Numbered from the stretch's first letter, positions 1 through 11,587 are shown. The stretch is DNA of 64,000 nucleotides from Candidatus Latescibacterota bacterium (GCA_965205485.1 OZ242180.1:1952001-2016000), one strand, 5' to 3'. Numbers and translations: made by a program. The notes: a model not told the origin generated them from the letters alone.

Positions 1-48
1 CATACGCTGAATATACTGTACAAATGTTCAGATATCAAGTGAGAAAAA

Positions 49-605
49 GCTATCAGCGATCAGCCGTCAGCTAAAAACGAAAGGCAAATTCAAAAGCAAC
101 CTCTCTCCCCGGCCCTCTCTCCTAAAGGAAAGAGGGAGCACGGCCAGGGTCTCGCGCCATAGCAGATTTTTCCGTTCGAGCGACCGGGGGTATGGGGGGT
201 TTTTCCGTGTTAATCCGTTCCGCACCGATGTCTTGGCACACGTCAGGGGGTCGCAGGCCACCGAGTTGCATTCGTGCCTCTGAGGCGGTTCACGGAAAAA
301 CCGGCCCCCCGCCGAGGGGCGCGGTTCTTTTTGGTCCTTTTTCTTACGCGGATAAGAAAAAGGACGTAAAAAATTGAAAAATAAGAAGTTATCATAAAAG
401 AGCCGACTTGCAAATGACAAATCCTCTTTTGCCTTTCTGTTCAAAATCGTTCCTACCGCGTGTTCCTCAAGAACGGGAAGACGTGAGACGGAAGAGGGTA
501 GAGATCGCCTGCCGTGTAATGTTTCTTCTCATGCCGCAGGCAAGTCGGAGGAACAAATCGGCAAGGGTTTCTTCTACCGTCTCGCCTCTACCGTCTAACC
601 GCTTC
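49..605. repeat. Composite intergenic repeat, copy 1 (TCAGC heptamers + CTCTCTCCCCGGCCCTCTC hairpin + TTTTTCCGTG/CACGGAAAAA element + GAGACG/CCGTCT module)
   Basis: Same module order and similar sequence at 11588-12340 and 13741-14375. Confidence 0.85.
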
Positions 606-712
606 TTCCCTTGTTTCATGCAACCCAAGTCCATCCGCCGGCGTCCCATACATAGAGGCTATCTATTTCGACGTGTTCGGCCCGAGTGCCGTGAACGTGA
701 GGAGGAACCCGG

Positions 713-1819
713 ATGAAAACCACACTTGTGCTGTTGTTGACCGCTGCCGTCGTCGTTGTCGCACTGGCCCTGGGCCCCGGGGACGGCCGTTCCGAAACGA
801 AGAACGTGGAGCAGGCCACCTTTGCCGGCGGATGCTTCTGGTGCATCGAGGCGCCATTCGATAAACTCGAGGGCGTTGTTTCCGCGGTATCCGGCTATAC
901 CGGCGGGGAGATCCGGAATCCCACCTACGGCCAGGTCAGTAAGGGCATTACCCGGCACATCGAGTCGGTGCTGGTCACGTACGACCCCTCCGTGGTCACC
1001 TACGCGCAATTGCTCGACGTATTCTGGATGCAGTTCGACCCCACCGATGCCGGAGGGTCGTTCTATGATCGGGGCCATCAGTATTCGTCCGCCATCTTCT
1101 ATCATGACGAGAAGCAGAAGCAATTGGCGGAAGCTTCGAAAGACGCCCTTGGGAAATCCGGTCGCTTCAACGCCCGCATCGTCACGCCCATCCGGCCGGC
1201 GGAGACCTTTTATCCGGCGGAGGAATATCACCAGGACTACTACAGAAAGAAGCCGGCCCACTACAACCGCTACCGGAAGGGCTCCGGCCGCGACCGGTTT
1301 ATCGAAAAGACCTGGGGACGCGACCAAACGTCCGAATCCTCCAGCGGGACCTGGATGAAGCCTCCTGACGCGGACCTGCGCCGGAAACTGACGCCGCTGC
1401 AGTGGAACGTCACCCAGGAAGACGGTACCGAGCGGCCGTTCCGCAACGAGTATTGGGACAACAAGAAGCCGGGCATCTACGTGGACGTCGCGTCGGGAGA
1501 GCCCCTCTTCAGTTCAACGCACAAATACAGGTCGGGCACGGGATGGCCGAGCTTTACGCAGCCGCTCGTGCCGGAACACGTGGTTGAGCGCGTGGACAAC
1601 AGTCTCTTCATGACCCGAACCGAGGTACGCAGCAAGTACGGGGATTCCCATCTCGGCCACGTATTCAATGACGGCCCCGCACCGACCGGACTGCGCTATT
1701 GCATCAATTCGGCCGCGCTGAGGTTCATTCCCGCGGATGAACTGAAGGCTGCCGGGTATGCCAGGTACCAGGACCTGTTCAAGGACCTGGCGGTGACCGC
1801 GGGAAAACCGTCTGAGTAG
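713..1819 (+). CDS. msrAB: Peptide methionine sulfoxide reductase MsrA/MsrB fusion with N-terminal signal peptide
   Basis: MsrA motifs FAGGCFWC and AEEYHQDYY; MsrB motifs GWPSF, HLGHVF, RYCINS; GAGGAGG RBS; hydrophobic N-terminus. Confidence 0.95.
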   Translation: MKTTLVLLLTAAVVVVALALGPGDGRSETKNVEQATFAGGCFWCIEAPFDKLEGVVSAVSGYTGGEIRNPTYGQVSKGITRHIESVLVTYDPSVVTYAQLLDVFWMQFDPTDAGGSFYDRGHQYSSAIFYHDEKQKQLAEASKDALGKSGRFNARIVTPIRPAETFYPAEEYHQDYYRKKPAHYNRYRKGSGRDRFIEKTWGRDQTSESSSGTWMKPPDADLRRKLTPLQWNVTQEDGTERPFRNEYWDNKKPGIYVDVASGEPLFSSTHKYRSGTGWPSFTQPLVPEHVVERVDNSLFMTRTEVRSKYGDSHLGHVFNDGPAPTGLRYCINSAALRFIPADELKAAGYARYQDLFKDLAVTAGKPSE

Positions 1820-1846
1820 AAGATTCTGCGCCAAACACATTTGCAT

Positions 1847-1872
1847 GGTGGAGCGGACATTCCTGTCTGCTC
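1847..1872. repeat. REP-like palindrome, GGTGGGGCGGACATTCCTGTCTGCCC family
   Basis: Related copies at about 46520-46546 (inverted) and 50523-50549. Confidence 0.7.
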
Positions 1873-1885
1873 GCACCGAAAGTAA

Positions 1886-1927
1886 AAAAAGCGCATCGCC
1901 CCGCAGGATTGGGGCGATGCGCTTTTT
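1886..1927. terminator. Bidirectional intrinsic terminator
   Basis: AAAAAGCGCATCGCCCC-N8-GGGGCGATGCGCTTTTT between convergent genes. Confidence 0.9.
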
Positions 1928-1942
1928 CGGTTCCAAATCTCT

Positions 1943-2569
1943 CTATCCAGTAATCTCGTCGGTAGAAACGACCGTGACGCCGCGAGCCTTCCAGCCTTCC
2001 ACCAGCGTTTCTCCCCGTTCGGGGAAGATGGCCTGCGTGGCGTCCAGCACCAGTTGGACGGGCGCGGTGTTTCTCTCGAGAAAGCCGTCGATGGCGTAGG
2101 CATTGCAGACGTCCAGGGCAACGCCGTACAGTACGATGCGACCGGGCCTGACAGCGTTCAGAACGGGCTCCACGTTCCGGTTGGTGAACACGTCGAAGCG
2201 CTGTTTGCGGAAGATGACCTCGCCCGTGTGGTTTTGGACCCGTTCGCCGAGCGCCGCGGTGTCTTCCGCGGCGCTGTCGATCCACAGCGGATTCACCGGG
2301 TGTGTTTCCGTGACTTTTCGCTGGCCCGGGGTGTTCTTGAGACAGTGCGGCGGAAAGGTGTCCTGGAAGTCGGGCGAATCCGAAATCTCCGGATCGTCGG
2401 GGTTGTGGTAGTCCACGGACCCGAAGATGGGGATATTGCGCTGCCGGGCGCATGCCGTGAGCCGATCCAGGTTGGGCAGGATTCTCTCCGCGTCCCGGAT
2501 GTAGAGTTTGCCGTCCGGCATGATGAAGTCGAACTGGGTGTCCACGTCCCAGAAGATGGTCTCGGCCAT
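1943..2569 (-). CDS. Isochorismatase/nicotinamidase family cysteine hydrolase
   Basis: WDVDTQFDF, DYH, FPPHC, FRK, YGVALDVC motifs; start chosen at MAETIF. Confidence 0.85.
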   Translation of the reverse strand: MAETIFWDVDTQFDFIMPDGKLYIRDAERILPNLDRLTACARQRNIPIFGSVDYHNPDDPEISDSPDFQDTFPPHCLKNTPGQRKVTETHPVNPLWIDSAAEDTAALGERVQNHTGEVIFRKQRFDVFTNRNVEPVLNAVRPGRIVLYGVALDVCNAYAIDGFLERNTAPVQLVLDATQAIFPERGETLVEGWKARGVTVVSTDEITG

Positions 2570-2658
2570 GGGCCTGTCCCCCGAATTTTTCGGAAAAAGA
2601 TACGGCAAATCGGAGACGATAACAAGAGCGGCGCCGTTCGCGCGCGACAGTCGGCAGT

Positions 2659-3390
2659 CTATCCGTTCGTCGTATCCGGCGGCTCGGCGAGCTTCTGCAT
2701 GATTATGCCCGCGGCCACGGAGACGTTGAGCGAGGCGACGTGTCCCGTCGATGGAATCCTGCAGGTGGCGTCGCACTTGTCCAGCGTAAGACGGCGGAGC
2801 CCGCGTTCCTCGTTGCCCAGGACAATCAGCCACGGCCGGTCGGCCGCGATCCGGTCCAGGCTCGTGTCGGCATGTTCGGACGCGCCCAGAATCCAGAGGT
2901 TCGCCTTCCGCGCCAGGTCGAGCGCCCTGCCGAGATTGGCCGGGAAGCAGAAGGGCACGTGCTCGACACCGCCGGATGCGACGTCGTACACGGTATCCGT
3001 GAGTGGCGCCGAGCGGTCCCGTGTGATCAGGATGCCGCGGACACCGAAGAAGGCGGCGGTCCGAAAGATCGCCCCCACGTTGTGCGGGTCCTGCACCCGG
3101 TCGAGCGCGAGCCAGAGTCCGGTTTCAGGCACGTTCGCGAACAGATCCTGGACCGGGACCGCGCTTCGTTCCCTGACAACGGCCTCGGCGCCGCCGGCCC
3201 GTCCACTCCGGTTTTGCCTCCGCGAGCCCCGTTTCTCGCCCCCGAATTTGACGCCGATTTCCATGGCGGACGACTGCACCCGGCTCCACGGGCCGGCCAC
3301 GGGGTCCGGCAGACGGATTTCGTAGACGTCCTGGGGCCGGGATCGCAAAACGGCCAGGATGCTGTGAGGGTTCTTCAGGTGGAGAGGCAT
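2659..3390 (-). CDS. rlmB: TrmH/SpoU-family RNA 2'-O-methyltransferase (RlmB-like)
   Basis: LDRVQDPHNVGAIFR, LGNEERGL, SLNVSVA SPOUT motifs. Confidence 0.85.
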   Translation of the reverse strand: MPLHLKNPHSILAVLRSRPQDVYEIRLPDPVAGPWSRVQSSAMEIGVKFGGEKRGSRRQNRSGRAGGAEAVVRERSAVPVQDLFANVPETGLWLALDRVQDPHNVGAIFRTAAFFGVRGILITRDRSAPLTDTVYDVASGGVEHVPFCFPANLGRALDLARKANLWILGASEHADTSLDRIAADRPWLIVLGNEERGLRRLTLDKCDATCRIPSTGHVASLNVSVAAGIIMQKLAEPPDTTNG

Positions 3391-3421
3391 TGCGGTTCCT
3401 GTTTTCCCGGGCCGCGGCCGG

Positions 3422-5047
3422 CTATCCGAACTTTCCCTCCGCATACTGCCGGCGGATGACTTTCTTGTCCAGTTTTCCGACGCTTGTTTTGGGGATCTGC
3501 TCCACGAAGACGATTCTGTCGGGTACCCAGTATTTCGGATATGCGGACGCGAGGCGCGCCCGGAGCGCCTCGGCCGTGACCGGGTCCGCGCTGGGCGACC
3601 GTACGGCGATGGCGAAGGGTCGTTCCGTCCATTTTGCGTCGGGAACGGCGATGACGGCGGCCTCGGTGACGGCCGGGTGGTCCATGAGCGTGTTCTCCAG
3701 CGCCACGCTCGATATCCACTCGCCGCCGCTCTTGATGAGGTCTCTCGTCCGGTCCGTGATGGTGAGGAAGCCGTCCGGACTCATCGAGCCGACGTCGCCG
3801 GTCCGGAACCACCCGTCGGCCGTGAAGTGATCTGACGCGGGGTCCTGTCTGTAATAGCTCCCGATCACCCACGGACCCCTCACCTGTACCTCGCCCATGC
3901 TGCTGCCGTCCCATGGCGCTTCGTTTCCGGAATCGTCCACGATCCTCATGTCGACACCGCAAATGGGATATCCCTGCCTGGCTTTCACGTCCCACCTGTC
4001 CGCTTCCGGAAGGGCGCGATGATGCCGTTGCAGCCTGGAGACGGTCCCGAGGGGCGAGAGTTCGGTCATTCCCCAGGCGTGTACGACCGGCACGTCGAGT
4101 TCGGTTTCGTAGGCTTCGATCAAGCCGCGCGGCATGGCCGCCCCGCCCACAATCAGGGCGCGAATGCTGGAGATGTCGCGTGGATTGACTTTCAACTCTT
4201 CGTACAGCCCGGTCCAGATGGTGGGGACGCCGGCGGTGACCGTGACGCCTTCCTCCGCGATCATCCTCGCAAGGGCGGCGGGATTCGGGTGGGGTCCGGG
4301 CAGGACCAGTTCCGCGCCGGCCGCGGCGCAGGCATACGGCAGCCCCCAGGCCATGGCGTGAAACTGCGGTACGACGGGCATCACGACGTCTGATTCGACG
4401 AGGCCCACCGCGTTGGACTGGTTCACGCCGAGGGTGTGCAGAAACATCGAACGGTGCGAGTACAGCGCGCCCCGGGGCTCGCCGGTGGTGCCGCTGGTGT
4501 AGCAGAGGCCCATGGCCCTGTCTTCGTCCAAAACGGGCCATTCGAACGAATCGCTGCCGCCGGCGATCAGGGTTTCGTAGCAGCAGGTGTCCGACAGGGC
4601 GGTCCGGATTCGCGGTTCCACGTTGAACAGGACGATGCGCGGGCAGCGGTCGAGTCGGGCTGCCACGGCTTCGAAGCGGGGCAGCAGGGTTGCGTCCACA
4701 AAGATGGCCTTATCTTCCGCGTGGCCGATGATATACGCCAGCTGATCCGGAGAGAGGCGGATATTCAGCGTATGGCAGACGGCGCCGCTGCCGGGTACGG
4801 CGAAATACAGTTCCAGGTGCTGGTAGTTGTTCCAGGCGAAGGTGCCCACCCGGTCGCCGGGTTCGATACCCAGCCCGCCAAGCGCGCTTGCGAGTCGCTT
4901 CGACCGGCTGTACAGGTCCGACCAGGTGTACCGGTGGGCGGTTCCGTCGGGCAATACAGTCGTTATGCGTTTTCCAGGGTACAGACGGTTGGCGTGCTCC
5001 AGGATCCTTTCCATAGTGAGGGGGTAGTCCATCATAAGGCCCTGCAT
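3422..5047 (-). CDS. Medium/long-chain fatty acid-CoA ligase (AlkK-type)
   Basis: MQGLMMD start, [36 protein letters not shown]. Confidence 0.92.
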   Translation of the reverse strand: MQGLMMDYPLTMERILEHANRLYPGKRITTVLPDGTAHRYTWSDLYSRSKRLASALGGLGIEPGDRVGTFAWNNYQHLELYFAVPGSGAVCHTLNIRLSPDQLAYIIGHAEDKAIFVDATLLPRFEAVAARLDRCPRIVLFNVEPRIRTALSDTCCYETLIAGGSDSFEWPVLDEDRAMGLCYTSGTTGEPRGALYSHRSMFLHTLGVNQSNAVGLVESDVVMPVVPQFHAMAWGLPYACAAAGAELVLPGPHPNPAALARMIAEEGVTVTAGVPTIWTGLYEELKVNPRDISSIRALIVGGAAMPRGLIEAYETELDVPVVHAWGMTELSPLGTVSRLQRHHRALPEADRWDVKARQGYPICGVDMRIVDDSGNEAPWDGSSMGEVQVRGPWVIGSYYRQDPASDHFTADGWFRTGDVGSMSPDGFLTITDRTRDLIKSGGEWISSVALENTLMDHPAVTEAAVIAVPDAKWTERPFAIAVRSPSADPVTAEALRARLASAYPKYWVPDRIVFVEQIPKTSVGKLDKKVIRRQYAEGKFG

Positions 5048-5126
5048 GGATTGCGCTCCTCGGGAAATCGTCGCCAACGTCTGAAAACCGCTGTAGCGAC
5101 GGCTCGGCCCGCTAACATAAGCCGGG

Positions 5127-7559
5127 TTACGGGAGGTACTCTTCAGGGGTGAACGCGTCCACCCGGACCGCCTCGTCCCTGGCGGTCTCCGCGCGCCGGA
5201 ACAGCTCCGCGTCTTCCCGCGTAATCAGCTCTTTTTCGACGGCTTGTTCCACCAGCCGGTGAGGGTCCCGGCCCGATAGCATGCCCGCGCGCGCGGCCTC
5301 TTTGATGGCGCGGGAAACGGGTTCGGCCCTGCAGGAAAGCTCGAATGCGGATTCAAGTCGGGCCAGGGGTTCATCGGGCGAGTCCGGCAGGTGGATGTCC
5401 GAAGTCAGCGCGTCCCGGTCCGGGCCGGGCGTCCGGATGGCGCGGGCGACGTCGCCGCCGAGGGCATCCGATGGCATGCTGCCGATCGGGTTGAGGCGAA
5501 ACCACAGCGCGACCGGATAGCGGAACAGCAGACTCAGGCCGGGGAAAGCGCGCAGGTTCCGGAACAGGCCGCTGAATCCGGTTTGGATCTGAGCGAACGC
5601 GTATTGCATCGCCCAGTGCAGATAGGGCAGGTGGCCCGGTCTGCGTCCTTCCGCTTCGAATCGGCGCGTGACGGCCGTGCCCAGGTACATCCACGAAAGG
5701 ACGTCGGCGAAACGGCCGGCCAGTTTCTCTTCTTTTTTCAGCGCGCCGCCCAATGTGATCAGGGCGACGTCGGCCAGAAAGGCAAAGGTGGCCGACGTCC
5801 AGGCCAGTTTGCGATAGTACCGGGACGCCGGCCCCCGCACCGGCGAGGCGGCCAGATAACCTCGCGACAGGCTCAGGAGCGCGGCGCGGAAGGCGTTGCG
5901 AATGAAGTGGCCGGCGTGGGCCCAAAACGCGCGATCGAAGGCGCGCAGGTTGCCGGTCTTGAGCGCCTGTATTTCTTCATAGATGTACGGATGGCACCGG
6001 ATTGCGCCCTGCCCGAACGTGATGAACGTCCGCGTGAGGATATTCGCGCCTTCCACCGTGATGGCGATGGGCGCCCAGAGATATGACCGGGCGAGCAGGT
6101 TTCTGGGACCCTGGGCGATGGCGTTGCCGGCCAGGACGTCCATGCCGTCCATAATGGCGCGCCGGTGGAGCTCCGTGAGATTGAATTTGACGATGGCGGA
6201 GACCACGGCCGATTTCTCACCCGCGTCCAGGCCGCCGCAGGTGAAACGCCTCGCGGCCTCCATCAGATAGGTAAAGCCGCCGATACGCGCGAGCGGCTCC
6301 TCCACGCCCTGGAACCGGCCGATGGAAAGTCCGAACTGTTTGCGTACGGTGGCGTGGGCGCCCGCCACCCGCGCGGTCAGCTTGGCGCCGAAGGCCGCGG
6401 TTGCAGGCAGCGAGATGCCGCGTCCCGCGGCGAGGGATTCCATGAGCATGCGCCAGCCCTGGCCGGCGCCTTCCGGACCGCCGATGATGGCGTCAGCCGG
6501 GACGACGACGTCCCGGCCCTCGGTGGGGGCATTGTGGAAGGGCACGCCCATCGGATCGTGCCGCCTGTCCACCACAACGCCCGGCGTGTCGCGTGGAACG
6601 AGGGCGCAGGTGATGCCCGGGTTGTTGCCCTTGCCCAGCAGATTTTCCGGATCCCTGAGTTTGAAGGCCAGTCCGATCAGTGTGGAAATGGAAGCCAGCG
6701 TGATATACCGCTTGTTCCAGTTCAGCCGCAGATAGGTCCGTTCGTCCTCGCCTTTGAAGACGACCCCGCTGGACCGGATGCTGCCGGCGTCGGACCCGGC
6801 GTTCGGCTCGGTGAGGGCAAAGCAGGGAATCTCTTCGCCGCGCGCCAGGCGCGGCAGGAAACGGTCCTTCTGGTCCTGGGTGCCGTAATGGATCAGCAGT
6901 TCCGCCGGCCCGAGCGAGTTGGGCACCATGACGGTGACGGCCAGAGGCATGGAGCGCGAGGCCAGCTTGCCGACAATGGCGCTGTGAGCCGAGGCGGAGA
7001 ATCCAAGCCCGCCGAATTCCTCGGGGATGATGATGCCGTAAAACCGTTGCTTCTTGAGGGTGTCCCAGAGTTCCCGCGGGAGGTCTCTGTCCCGGTGAAT
7101 CTGCCAGTCATCCGCCATCCGGCACGCGGCTTCCACGGGGCCGCTGAGGAATGCGCGCTCCCTTTCGTTCAGGTCGGGGTAGGGTTCACTGTTCAGACGC
7201 CTGAAATCGGGTTTGCCGGAGAAGAGGTCGGCGTCGATCCATACGCTGCCGGCTTCGATGGCGGCCTGTTCGGTAGGAGAGATGGTTGGAAGGAGTTTGA
7301 GGACCCTGAGGATCTTGAGGATCCAGAAGGAAATCAGAATGCGGCGCAGCGGCCGCAGGTTGAGGAGCAGCGCAAGGGCGCCGAAGCCCCACCAGAGGCC
7401 GCCGGGAGCGCCGAATGCCCATAGCCCCGCGGCCGAGAAGACCGTCCAGAGCCACAGCGGGGCGCCGGTGAAACCCAGGACGCACACGAGGACCGCGATG
7501 CCGAGGGCTTCCACGTACGTAAGGGACAGGACGCCGCAGGTTGAAGTCAGAACGTCCAT
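5127..7559 (-). CDS. fadE: Acyl-CoA dehydrogenase, FadE type with N-terminal membrane segment
   Basis: [47 protein letters not shown]. Confidence 0.92.
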   Translation of the reverse strand: MDVLTSTCGVLSLTYVEALGIAVLVCVLGFTGAPLWLWTVFSAAGLWAFGAPGGLWWGFGALALLLNLRPLRRILISFWILKILRVLKLLPTISPTEQAAIEAGSVWIDADLFSGKPDFRRLNSEPYPDLNERERAFLSGPVEAACRMADDWQIHRDRDLPRELWDTLKKQRFYGIIIPEEFGGLGFSASAHSAIVGKLASRSMPLAVTVMVPNSLGPAELLIHYGTQDQKDRFLPRLARGEEIPCFALTEPNAGSDAGSIRSSGVVFKGEDERTYLRLNWNKRYITLASISTLIGLAFKLRDPENLLGKGNNPGITCALVPRDTPGVVVDRRHDPMGVPFHNAPTEGRDVVVPADAIIGGPEGAGQGWRMLMESLAAGRGISLPATAAFGAKLTARVAGAHATVRKQFGLSIGRFQGVEEPLARIGGFTYLMEAARRFTCGGLDAGEKSAVVSAIVKFNLTELHRRAIMDGMDVLAGNAIAQGPRNLLARSYLWAPIAITVEGANILTRTFITFGQGAIRCHPYIYEEIQALKTGNLRAFDRAFWAHAGHFIRNAFRAALLSLSRGYLAASPVRGPASRYYRKLAWTSATFAFLADVALITLGGALKKEEKLAGRFADVLSWMYLGTAVTRRFEAEGRRPGHLPYLHWAMQYAFAQIQTGFSGLFRNLRAFPGLSLLFRYPVALWFRLNPIGSMPSDALGGDVARAIRTPGPDRDALTSDIHLPDSPDEPLARLESAFELSCRAEPVSRAIKEAARAGMLSGRDPHRLVEQAVEKELITREDAELFRRAETARDEAVRVDAFTPEEYLP

Positions 7560-7564
7560 GCATT

Positions 7565-8749
7565 TTACACCATGAGGTTTTCGAAAACCCCCGCCGCGCC
7601 CATACCACTTCCGATACACATGGTGCAGATGCCGTAGCGGACGTTGCGACGCGCCATCTCGTGCAGGAGGGTGGCCGTGAGTTTGGCGCCGGTACAACCC
7701 AGGGGATGGCCGAGCGCGATGGCCCCGCCGTTGACGTTCACGATATCCCGGTCCAGGTCGAGTCTGCCGATCACGGCGAGAGCCTGGGCCGCGAAGGCCT
7801 CGTTCAGTTCGATCAGGCCGATATCTTCAAGGGAGAGACCTGCCTGGCGCAGCGCCTTCGGCACGGCTTCGGCGGGGCCGATGCCCATGATTTCCGGCGC
7901 GACGCCGGCCACCGCGTAACCCGCGAGCCGCGCCATGGGTTCCGCCTGGAGTTCTCTGGCCGTCCGTCCGCTCATGACCACCGTCGCGGCGGCGCCGTCC
8001 GAGACCTGCGAGGCATTCCCCGCGGTGACCGTGCCGCCGGCGCGAAAGACCGGCCTGAGCCGGGCAAGCGCGGCGGCGCTGGTGTCGGCGCGAGGCCCTT
8101 CGTCCGTCCTGAACGTCTTCTCGGTGGATGTCGTCCTGCCGTTGTCGTACACCGTGTCCACCACATGGAGGGGCACGATCTCGTCATCGAATCGGCCTTC
8201 GGCGGCGGCGGCGAGCGCGCGCTGATGGGAACGCAGGGCGAAGTTGTCCTGGTCATCCCGGGAGATGCTTTCGCTTTCCACCAGGTTTTCAGCGGTGTTT
8301 CCCATGTCGATGTACAGGTCCGGGTCTTCCCTCGTGATATCCGGATCGGGCATGAAGTTGTTTCCGCCCATGGGCACCAGGCTCATGGACTCGGCGCCGC
8401 CGGCCACAATCGCGTCGGCCTGGCCCGCGGAGACTGCCTGGTGAGCCATCGCGATGGATTGAAGACCCGAAGCGCAAAACCGGTTGATGGTTACGCCGGG
8501 GACCGAATCGGGCAGGCCGGCCTTCTGTGCGACGACGCGACCCAGAACCATGCCCTGCTGCGCTTCCGGAAACGCGCAGCCCATGATCACGTCGTCGATA
8601 CGTTCGGGCTGAAGGCCATCCACGCGGGCGATCGCGCCGTTGACGGCGGCCGCGCCCATGGTTTCCGGCCGCACGTTGCGCAGGGCCCCGCGTCCGGCTT
8701 TGGCCACGGCCGTGCGTACGCTGCTCACGATGTATGTTTCGTTGTTCAT
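7565..8749 (-). CDS. fadA: Acetyl-CoA C-acyltransferase (thiolase)
   Basis: [33 protein letters not shown]. Confidence 0.93.
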   Translation of the reverse strand: MNNETYIVSSVRTAVAKAGRGALRNVRPETMGAAAVNGAIARVDGLQPERIDDVIMGCAFPEAQQGMVLGRVVAQKAGLPDSVPGVTINRFCASGLQSIAMAHQAVSAGQADAIVAGGAESMSLVPMGGNNFMPDPDITREDPDLYIDMGNTAENLVESESISRDDQDNFALRSHQRALAAAAEGRFDDEIVPLHVVDTVYDNGRTTSTEKTFRTDEGPRADTSAAALARLRPVFRAGGTVTAGNASQVSDGAAATVVMSGRTARELQAEPMARLAGYAVAGVAPEIMGIGPAEAVPKALRQAGLSLEDIGLIELNEAFAAQALAVIGRLDLDRDIVNVNGGAIALGHPLGCTGAKLTATLLHEMARRNVRYGICTMCIGSGMGAAGVFENLMV

Positions 8750-8893
8750 GGCGGGCTGCACCTCTCGCGTCCGGTGACACGAAGTGTCCTGATAATCCTG
8801 AGTCAAATCGCCTTGATTAACTTGCATATATACGAATTATTACGGGGAACCACGCGATAGTTTACCTCTCATTCACATCATTGACCGCGTACC

Positions 8894-8983
8894 CCGAGCC
8901 GCTCCCTGAGCCTGTCGAAGGGTCGGCGAAGGGTAGGCGAAGGAAAAAGGGTGCCGAAACGCGGGCGCTTCGACAAGCTCAGC
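8894..8983. repeat. REP-like doublet CCCTGAGCCTGTCGAAGGG / CTTCGACAAGCTCAG
   Basis: Near-identical inverted copy at 43096-43135. Confidence 0.8.
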
Positions 8984-9084
8984 GTCCACGTTTGGGCACG
9001 TTCCTTTCCACTGTAGCAGGCGCAATAGATGTCAACTATTTACGGCTCCCGGTAATAACATTCCTGAAAAACGATGAATCACGG

Positions 9085-11439
9085 TCAGTTTCGCAGGGGT
9101 CTGTTGGTTCGCAGAATACTGTGGATCCGTTCCCGGGTCTTTGCTTCGCCGGTAAGGGCGACAAAGACTTCGCGCTCCAGTTCGAGAAGGTAGTCCTCGT
9201 GTACGTTGGCCGGGCCCGTAAGGTCTCCGCCGGTCAGCACATAGGCGAACCGGTTGGCCAGAAAGCGGTCGTATTCGCTGATGAATCCCGACTGGAGCAT
9301 ATTCCAGGTTGTCACCTCGAACCGCGCGCGGGCCGGTTGTCCGAGGACCCTGATGGCATTGCGGACCGGGGGCGCCGCGTACCCCTGGCCGGAAAGGCGC
9401 AGGACCTCCTGGCGCGCGGCCTGGAGCCGGTGGTCCTCGTTCATGACAATGGGCGAACCGGGCGGCAGAAACCCGTACTCGCGCGCCTGCCAGGCGCTGT
9501 TGGACACCTTCGCCATGGCCACCGTTTCGAAGGCCCTCGTCAGAAACGGCTGGATGTGGCTGTCGTGCTCGGAAGGTGCGCGCTCGTGCGAAATCGCCGC
9601 CATCCGCATGGTGCCGCACCCCCCGGGAATGAGTCCAACGGCGAGTTCCACAAGACCGATGTAGGACTCCGCCGCGGCCACCGGGCTGGCGCAGGCCAGC
9701 GTGAGTTCGCAACCGCCGCCCAGCACGCGGCCGTGGGTGGCAACGACGACGGGTTTGGCGGCGTAGTGGACACGCTGTATCATCCCTTGAAAATTGACCA
9801 GGAGTCGGTCCATCCGGTCGAATCGATTCTGTTCTGCGTGCGCGACCATCTCTCCCAGATTCGCGCCAACGGAGAAGTTTTTTCCCCTGTTGCAGATGAC
9901 CATTCCCCGGTAATTCCCCGCTTCGACGATGTCGACCGCTTCGACGAGGCCGCGTACGAGCGATTCTCCCATGGAATTCGCCTTCGAACGGTATTCGAAG
10001 AGGGCGATATCCTCGCCCAGGTCCAGCAGGGCGGCTTCCTCGTTCTCCCAGCGGACGTGCTGTTTCTCCGGGCGAATCGCGGGCATGGCGGATTCATCCG
10101 TCGTTCCGGAATCCGGCGCGTATCCGCGGCCGGGCAGATAGACCCGTGAGCGGTCGCGGAATCCCTTTGCCCCCGCCCCGGACATGGTTTCGACCCAGTC
10201 CGGCAGGGGGATGTTTTCGGCCGCCATGGCATCGAGGACGGTATCGAACCCGATGGTATCCCACATTTCAAAGGGTCCGGCCTCCCAGCCGAATCCCCAG
10301 CGAAGGGCCCGGTCTATGTCTGCCGGGTTCGCCGTGATCTCGGGAATGCGGCGCGCGGCGTAACCCAGCGTTTCCAGGAGATGCCCCCGGAAGAAATCGC
10401 CCGCCCGCCCGTCATGCGCGTAAAGGTCGCGCAGGCGCCGGGAGAGTTCCCGCTGCTTGCGTACGGGTTCGAGATCGCCCAGTCGCTGTTCCCGCGGAGG
10501 TTCCCACGCGCGGGTAGCCGGATTGAACGAAAGGATGTCCCGGCCTTCTTTTCTGTAGAAGCCTCTGCCCGCCTTGGCGCCGGTGGCCCCGTCTTCGACG
10601 AGATGGGTCAGCGCTCCGGGAACCTGGAACCGGTCGCGGCTTTCATCCTCCGGCAGGGCATCGTACAGGTATTCGGCGACGTGTACGAGGGTGTCCAGCC
10701 CGACAACGTCGGCTGTTCTGAACGTGGCCGACCTGGGGCGTCCCAGTAGCGGGCCCGTGAGGGCGTCAATTTCCTCGATCGTATATCCGCCCTCGGTAAA
10801 GGCCCGGATACACTGCATCATGGCGTATACGCCGACGCGGTTGCCGATGAAGCCCGGCGTGTCGTTTGCGACCACAATGCCCTTGCCAAGTCGTACGCGG
10901 CCGAACATGGAGATGCGTTCCATAACGGCCGGATCGGTTTCAGGAAGGGGAATGAGTTCGAGGAGCTTGAGGTAGCGCGGCGGGTTGAAGAAGTGGGTTC
11001 CCAGGAACCGGCTCCTGAAATCCGATGACCGGCCCTGAGCGATCAGGTGGATTGGAATGCCGCTGGTGTTGGTGGAGATAACGGCGCGACTGTTCGCGGC
11101 GGCTTCCACGCGCGCCATAATCTGTTGCTTGACGTCGGGCTTCTCGACGACGGCCTCGATGATCCAGTCCACATCCGAGGCGCGATCGAAGTCGTCTTCG
11201 ATGTTGCCGGGAGTAATGCGTCGGACGGTATCTTCAGTAAACAGGGGGGCCGGGCTGACGCGCTCGAGGCCTTTCATCGCGCCTTCGACAATCGCGTTTC
11301 TGTTCTTCCCGTCGCCGGGAAGGTCCAGCAGATGGACGGACAGGCCGGCGTTCGCGAGGTGGGCGGCAATCTGGGATCCCATGACGCCAGCGCCCAGAAC
11401 GGCAGCGGTGCGAAACGGGGGATGTGCTGCGCGGTGCAT
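9085..11439 (-). CDS. 3-hydroxyacyl-CoA dehydrogenase / enoyl-CoA hydratase fusion (FadN-like)
   Basis: GAGVMG, STNTSG, GTHFFNPPRY, crotonase GGGCE, C-terminal PLRN. Confidence 0.93.
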   Translation of the reverse strand: MHRAAHPPFRTAAVLGAGVMGSQIAAHLANAGLSVHLLDLPGDGKNRNAIVEGAMKGLERVSPAPLFTEDTVRRITPGNIEDDFDRASDVDWIIEAVVEKPDVKQQIMARVEAAANSRAVISTNTSGIPIHLIAQGRSSDFRSRFLGTHFFNPPRYLKLLELIPLPETDPAVMERISMFGRVRLGKGIVVANDTPGFIGNRVGVYAMMQCIRAFTEGGYTIEEIDALTGPLLGRPRSATFRTADVVGLDTLVHVAEYLYDALPEDESRDRFQVPGALTHLVEDGATGAKAGRGFYRKEGRDILSFNPATRAWEPPREQRLGDLEPVRKQRELSRRLRDLYAHDGRAGDFFRGHLLETLGYAARRIPEITANPADIDRALRWGFGWEAGPFEMWDTIGFDTVLDAMAAENIPLPDWVETMSGAGAKGFRDRSRVYLPGRGYAPDSGTTDESAMPAIRPEKQHVRWENEEAALLDLGEDIALFEYRSKANSMGESLVRGLVEAVDIVEAGNYRGMVICNRGKNFSVGANLGEMVAHAEQNRFDRMDRLLVNFQGMIQRVHYAAKPVVVATHGRVLGGGCELTLACASPVAAAESYIGLVELAVGLIPGGCGTMRMAAISHERAPSEHDSHIQPFLTRAFETVAMAKVSNSAWQAREYGFLPPGSPIVMNEDHRLQAARQEVLRLSGQGYAAPPVRNAIRVLGQPARARFEVTTWNMLQSGFISEYDRFLANRFAYVLTGGDLTGPANVHEDYLLELEREVFVALTGEAKTRERIHSILRTNRPLRN

Positions 11440-11587
11440 TCGGGCTCACCTTTCCGGACGGGTTCAGGGAGAGAGGTTTCGCGTCGCTGGAAGTCAGATC
11501 GCGGGCGGGCGTATGCCAGTCCCGAAAGGTAGTGTACAACCGTTCGCCGATCAAGAACGAAACGCATGATGCCGAACATCAGAAGGA

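Noticed and set aside
67..716. Short ORFs within the composite repeats (also 11424-12055, 35459-35993)
   Set aside because: They translate palindromic repeat modules and keep no consistent frame between copies
2054..3325. Long antisense or alternate-frame ORFs (also 6165-7424, 7541-8860, 8881-10149, 18808-20076, 21772-23427, 34105-35544, 62810-63991)
   Set aside because: Shadow ORFs of well-supported genes, expected in high-GC DNA; no motifs
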